Below are positions 57,601 through 64,000 of a stretch of DNA of 64,000 nt, in pieces (position 1 is the first letter of the stretch; every line of letters begins with the position of its first letter). The translations under genes and the position numbers were made by a program. This DNA is from Podarcis melisellensis. Taxonomy: Eukaryota. The stretch lies in assembly GCA_964234715.1 (NCBI GenBank), contig OZ174276.1. One strand, written 5' to 3'. The notes beneath the pieces were generated by a model that saw only the letters and a list, made by a program, of their open reading frames with translations, had not been told where the DNA came from and did not search any database.

Positions 57601-60289
57601 AGTGCTATGATATGTTACACATTGGCTGCTCAGTATTTCTTTGTAAGGAAGAGGATGTAGTCTATACATGAAGATCCTAAGATCTGCAAATATGAAAAGT
57701 AAGTGGTGTGCATATACGTTTTACTAATTTAACAGGATGCAAATAGATTGCCTGGTGCATTTGACCCTGTTTTGGAAATTTTGGGGTTGGTCGAACGAAA
57801 AATAACTCTGAATGTCATGTTAACGACATCTCTGTTTCCCGGCAACATGCCAGGAGAGCTGTACGTATATAAAGGAGACGCTGAGAGCAAACCCAAATTA
57901 TAACAATAGAGTGGAGCAAATAATTGAATGAGCAATGCTAGCAGCAGCAGCAGAATACTTTTACTATAATAGCTTTTCAGATTTTTTAAAAAATCAAATT
58001 AGCATAACTATCTACGTGTGTTTGTATATCAATGTTTGTGCTCCTATGTATTTGTCATTTTTCCAAGGATGAAGAGATTATGTTAAGATAGCGGCATTGG
58101 TGTTACCAGCAACCCAAGATTTTGCTAATTGGATATCTACTATTTACTCAGACTGCAGCTTCTAAGTATTTGAAAAGCTTATGTTACAGATGAACATTTC
58201 AGCAAACAGAGGGCTTTTGGCCCTGACCCTTAGTCTTAGATATTTTGGAGGCAATAAACACTTTGTTTCCTAAGCTCTAATCAACTGAAACATGAATGAA
58301 CAAACGACACTGCAGACTGGGGCAGCTTTTTCATGCTTCTGCAGCTATGTGGACTTTGACTGATTGTGCACCACAAAAAAGCATTGAAGCTTGAGTTGGA
58401 AATATGTGGCAGTATTTTTAAAAAATAAAATTATTTGACCTTAGGGGGCAATTCTTTCTAAATATGCCAGTTAAATTTGCCAGTTCCACATTGCCCTGAA
58501 AAGCACCAGTTTGCAATGGTAAAGGTTGGAGTCAGTGCATTTTTTTCTTTAGATAGCTGCAAAGGGAAATTGAGACTGAGATGCAAAGTTGGAAGTTCAT
58601 GTGGTGTAAAAATCCAACTTCAGTTTCATTACCCCTTTAGAGTGGCAGTGGATACTGCCAGTCAGAGGAAGACATTTTTTGAAAGGATACCTTCCTACTG
58701 ATGGTTTTTATTTCATCGTAATTTAGCAGCGTGTAAAGGAAAGATCATGAGACTTGCTGATTCTTTTTGCAGTTGTTTCCCATCTCTTTTGGCTTCTGCT
58801 CAATGCAGTGAGAAGATGGGTGCATTTATATGTCAAACTGCTGTTCCCAGGGTTCCCAAGAGAATATTATGAGACAGGATGGCAGGCTGCACTGTTAGAT
58901 AAACTGCTTCCCAATCATTGCCTCCTTCACTTGACTTTGAATTATAGCTTGCTTTGGGAGCCAACAATGGACTGGAACCCCCCCCCATTCCCCCCAAAAG
59001 TAGATTTCATTTAACTTCATATATCCTGCCTGCTTTTAATAGGTGTGGGAACCATCTGGTGGTGTTAGTAGGTTGTTGCATATCACAGTTCTATGAGCAG
59101 TCTTATTGAATGTGAACTATAACCTAATTTTAGGTCCCATTTATTTTAGTGGTAGAGGCCTGAACACATGCTTGCTTCTCCCATTAAAATAAATGAGATT
59201 TAAAGGTGCTCCCATTGAAATAAATGAGATTTAAGAATGTGCTTGAGATTGGAAGTAACATTTACTTGGATGGAATGTCCACCAAGTCAGTGAAACACTT
59301 GGAATATGTTTAGAATTGGGATGCAAGTTAATGGTGACATTCCATGTGAGGTTTTCAATATCTGTACTTTGTGTCCTGGGTGCAATGTTCTCTTGCGCAG
59401 CCCAGCGCAACATTTGCTTGAAGGTAACGTGCATGGATTTCAATTGGAAATTGCTTTGGATAAATACGTTTAGGCTTGCATTCTTCATTATAACCATAAA
59501 GGTATTTTGGATTGTAGTAGGAAATATAGGATTGCAGAGGAGCCTTAGGAAGACCTGCATGGCAATATGCTACATAGCATCATCAGCATATAGGCCACAG
59601 GTGATGAACCTTTTTCAGCCAGAGGACCACATTGCCTTGTGGGAAGCCTTCTGAAGGCTGCATGCCAGGAGTGGCTGGAGTCATAGGCAAAAGTGAGTGG
59701 AGCAATGGGTATGGCTCTTACAGTAGGCTGTATTCCAGTTGCACATGAGTTGGAAGCTGGCCACTGTGAGAACTGGATACTAGACTAGATGGACCTAGAT
59801 GATCTAGCAGGCTTTTATGTTCACACATTCTCTCTCTCTCTCTCATCCACACCCACCTCTCCATTATTACATTCCAGCCAGGCAAAAGCACTCAAGGAAG
59901 AGATGAAGCCGGGCCAATGAGAAGTGTTTTAGGCTAGGAGAGTCCTGACAACTGCATAGGGAGTCCTGGAGGGTTGCATTCAGCCTCCAGGGCTGAGGTT
60001 CCCCATCCTGATACAGGGAATTTAATTATGCATTAATGTTTACAGGACCACAAATTCCACAAGTTAAGGGAGCCATCTTTTGAACTCGTATGCACTGTAA
60101 CAAGCCAATAGATGGCACTGTGAAGAATTGTAATGGCCTGATCTCACTTGGTATTCAGTCCGAGTGCGGGAAGTCCTCAGATGTACTGCTGCACACTCTG
60201 CATTTGCGGTGCTGTGTGGGAAAGTTTGATTCCCATTTCTAGAAGATAAATGTAAAAAAACACACATGAGCAGTTGTCCAATTCAATAT

Positions 60290-61730
60290 ATTTTTATTTG
60301 GATGAGAATAAAGTTTATCAGATTTGCAGGTGACACAAAGCTGGGAGGGATGGCTAACATTATAGAAGACAAAAATCAAGATTCAGAATTACACAGGTGT
60401 ACTGGAGCAAGGAGCTGAAGCAAAAATGTTTACATTCAGGATAAAAAAAATATAAGGCCCTGCATTTGGGTAAAAATTAAACAAAAAAGCAATGTCACAA
60501 ATGTAGAATGGGGAGACTTGGCTTGAAAACAGAATTGTGAAAGAGATCTGGACATCTTATGGCTCATCCACACTTGTGTTCTCATGATTTCAAGTTACTG
60601 GTTGGCTCAGAGGGTGGTCCCCCCCTACTTTCTTTTACTACCTGCTGTTTTCTGCTGAATTGGAACAAATGTCAGTTGGGTTTTCTGCAGATTGATGTTT
60701 GTTCTGATTCAGCAGCAAACAGTGGGTTTTCCCAAGGAAACTGGTGGGACAAAACAACAACAACCCCACCTTTCGGAGCCTTGGCTTGAAATCACAGGAC
60801 AAAGAATGTGTGGATGGGCCCTCAGTGGATGTAGTGAGCATGAGCTGGCAGTGAGATATAGCTGCTAAGAAGCATACAGCTTCTGTTGCTGCTACTACCA
60901 CCCAGGAGGACTCCCCTGCTCAATGCCTGAGGGCCCCAGTCCTGCCACTCACCACCTGGCCTAGGGGCCTGATGGGCTCTATAAAGGACTACTGCTGCCA
61001 CTGCTGCTGCTGCTGCTGCTGCTGGGCAGAGAGGGCTCCGTTTTGTTTGTTTTTTGTTTAAATTGCTGTTACTTTTTACCTATGCCATTTTAAACTGTGA
61101 TATTAATGCTGTATTCTTAGTTTTAGATTTTGATTTATGTGGAAATTGTTTTCCATTTGGTTGTGTATCTTTTTGATGTAGATTATTTATTGTTTATGAC
61201 ATTTGTGATTATGTAAATCTTGTCATGTTTAAACCACCTTGAGCATTGTTTTTAACTGTGGAAAGGCGGCATACAAATTAAAAATGATTATGATGATGAT
61301 ACTGCAATCTTAGGCCTCTATGGCAGGAGCACAGTGTTCACATCATGAGAAGTAATAACTTTGAACTAGTCTGCCTTGGTTAATCCATATCTTCAGAACT
61401 GCCACATTTTAAGAATGGTCACAGACCATTTGGAGCATGTCCAGGGGAGAGAAACAAGGGTGCTAATGGGCTAAAAATCAAGTTCTGTGAAGAACAGTTG
61501 AAAGGTCTGGGTGCATTCAGCCTGGAGTAGAGTGGAGACATTACATTGATCTTCAAATATCTGAATGTCTGTCATGCAGAAGACAGAGCAGACTTTTTCT
61601 CTGTTGTTCTGGAGGACTGGATTAGAACCAATGGGTGGAAACAGCAGGGAAGCAAATTTGCCTATGTGTTAAGAGAAACATCATAACAGTATTTGACAGT
61701 GGAACAGACTGCTTTGAAAAGTGATGAGCT
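60290..61730 (+). mobile_element. Old fragmented CR1 LINE with younger insertions
   Basis: tttgcaggtgacacaaagctgggaggg (FAxDTKLGG RT motif) at about 60323. Decayed 3' ORF2 (ttcagcctggag...tcttcaaatatctgaa) at 61500-61600. Confidence 0.6.
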
Positions 61731-62198
61731 CTTAGCTGGAGCTTGCTGCTGTGCTGCTGTCCAGCTTGAAGGTTTCCCACAGGCATCTGGTTGCAAGAAC
61801 ACGATACTGGACTAGGAGGGCCATTGGCCTGGTCCATCTTGCTCACCATTTGTTCTTATGTTCAGAGGCCAGACAGCCATCTGTCAGTTGCATCTGCATT
61901 AAAGTAGGGAAGGGATGGGGGAATTCTGTTCAAGGCATTGTTGTCACCTGGTGTCATTACGATTATGACTAGGTGATTGACAGGTAGGCTGCCTCATCCA
62001 CCTGCCCAATTTGGGCCTTAGGGAGATAGGATCTTGGCCCAGCAGTCTGAAAATACTTCCCAACCCCGTTGTATGCAGTAGCATATAGAATACACACCAG
62101 ATTCTGGCTGAGTGTGCTGTTTGTGTTTGTATGTGGAAAATGGGACCTGTGAGTCTTGCAAAGTTGCCTTACCTCTACTAAGAGTAGAATATTACATC

Positions 62199-62453
62199 CA
62201 GGGTAGGCAACCTAAGGCCCATGGGCCAGATGTGGGCCAATCACCTTCTCAATCTGGCCCACAGACGGTCCGGGAATCAGCGTGTTTTTACATAAGTAGA
62301 ATGTGTCCTTTTATTTAAAATGCATCTCTGGGTTATTTGTGGGGCATAGGAATTTGTTCAATCCCCCCCCCAAAAAAAATATATAGTCCAGCCCCCCACA
62401 TGGTCTGAGGGATGGTGGACTGGCCCATGGCTGAAAAAAGTTGCTGACCCCTG
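62199..62453. mobile_element. hAT (Charlie-like) MITE
   Basis: CAGGGTAGGCAAC...GTTGCTGACCCCTG termini. A partial second copy lies at 175-312. Confidence 0.75.
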
Positions 62454-64000
62454 GATTATATAATGGCAGCATATCATCTAATTTTTGAGGCTGGAAAAGA
62501 GGCTGAAACTTTCCAATGGCAATTCTGTTCCAGTTCTATCTGCCAGAATTGGCTGTACCTACCCCATTCACTAAAGCAAACCTGTAACAAAGCCCCCCCG
62601 CTTTCTTGCCTATTTTAAAAGGGCATTTTACTCAGTGTCCTGGGTATAGCATTCACTGAGGAAAGAAGTTCCATTAATTAGTTTCACCTTGCCAGCTATG
62701 GGTGTCTGGTGCAAGACGGTATCATGGTCACTACGACTGTGCAGAAAGTGAGTAGCTGCATGGTCAGCAGGCCCTGCGAAGTAAGCCTCTGGGCCCTGAG
62801 AGGCCAAACAATACCTGTGTTCCTTTATCCAAGTCTCTGGTGGCCCCCATTTTGATGAAGATTGTGGACTACAACACCTATGTGTGCCTGGATGCAGCTT
62901 GCTAGTTTGGTGGGCGTCTCTGACTCTTAAAGGTTAGCATTAGCATGCTAGCTTTGTTATTTTCTGTTCTGTACTTGAATTCCCAAAAGTCTCCTTCCTT
63001 ACACTGTTAGTCCTTTATCTTTTTACTGGTAATAGGTTCTTATGCTTATGCTTCTAACCTGCTTAATAAAGTATTGCATTTATCCTGGTGTGGTTTCTTG
63101 AAGTAAGCCTGGCTCTAAATCTGGTACCTGGCTGCCTGGTGCTCCTGAATAATTTGTTTGTTTGGGGCTTAAGAGATAGAGAGTGAGTAGACGGTTTGGC
63201 GCTTGTCTCTGTGAATCCCAAGGATGTCCAGAAACAGTCTGGGGGCACTAACAGGGATGATGGCTGTACTACCTGGCAGGGTTGGTTTTCACCCTAGTTA
63301 TTCAATATCCCATTACAGCTCAGGAGATGGGCATCCAGGGTTCGGGTAGAACATTCCTTGGGGGTGGGGGCATTAGCAGCTTTGGGTATTAATTCTCCCC
63401 ATTTCTACAAAACCTAATTTCTCCTATCTCACCTGTTGGATGCTGCTGCTCTCTGCTAGCTTGACTCAGATGGAGTTATTTTTGTGTTGTAAGTATTGGG
63501 CCATGTCCCAAAATGGGGCTGCAGACTCCAGGCCGACTCAGGACAGGGTCATTGTCAAGCTGCTCTTAGATAGAAAAATCAAGATTAACCTTTCAATGTG
63601 TTGTCCTAGTCAGAATATCTGCGAGCCACACAAATGAAGAAATCAGATTTGAACTGGAGAGAATAGCAGTACAAGTAGTTTAGAAGTATTGATTTTAAAA
63701 ATATATTCCAAAGGTGGGAAGAGAGAATTCCAGGTTTGTTTGCTTTTAATATAAACATTTGTTTTAATTCTATACCTAATCTCCTCGGTTTATTGACAGC
63801 ATTCCACTACAGAGTGTTCTCCTTTTACTTAATTGTGTGCACAGCTCCCTTTATTTATTAAATTCTGGTCAAAATATGTCTTTATATGGCTCCATGAATG
63901 AATGTATTAGCCCATGCAATTGATCGACTTTGACTTCATTTGCCCAAGTTCATTACTGACTCATCAGAATGAAAAAGATGAGAGCTAGTCATAGGTGCTG

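Noticed and set aside
62583-63253. Possible solo LTR (TG...CA, AATAAA near 63065)
   Set aside because: No TSD or firm boundaries identified.
31687-64000. ACSL6 exon 2 (expected ...LLEKMQTQEILR...)
   Set aside because: Not found by eye or in the ORF track. Probably beyond the window end.
1-64000. CRISPR arrays, operons or other prokaryotic systems
   Set aside because: The sequence is vertebrate genomic DNA, and the repeated units are dispersed TEs, not repeat-spacer arrays.

Overview
Vertebrate nuclear DNA from a squamate reptile, probably a lacertid lizard (inferred from Sauria SINEs, BovB, CR1, L2 and squamate CORE-SINEs). Two genes point away from each other. (1) Minus strand, left edge: promoter, exon 1 (1157-1297) and exon 2 (1012-1047) of a short-chain four-helix cytokine of the GM-CSF/IL-3/IL-5 (beta-common) family. 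It is absent from the ORF track and lies behind a near-complete GM-CSF-type promoter (CK-1, kB, CACCC, RUNX, CLE0, TATA). No convincing exon 3/4 was found, so they probably lie left of base 1. (2) Plus strand: CpG-island promoter and first coding exon of ACSL6 (31638-31686, MLTFFLVSGGSIWLFV). No exon 2 was recognised, so the right-hand 32 kb is probably intron 1. This arrangement matches the mammalian ACSL6 / IL3-CSF2 locus. The rest is intergenic or intronic and rich in TEs. Notable cases are hAT MITEs carrying TTAGGG repeats, a solo-LTR-like element with a 209-codon ORF, a 5'-inverted RTE with a hairpin junction, and a perfect 55-bp templated inverted insertion. All family calls are from recognition by eye. 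Repeat boundaries without TSDs are approximate.
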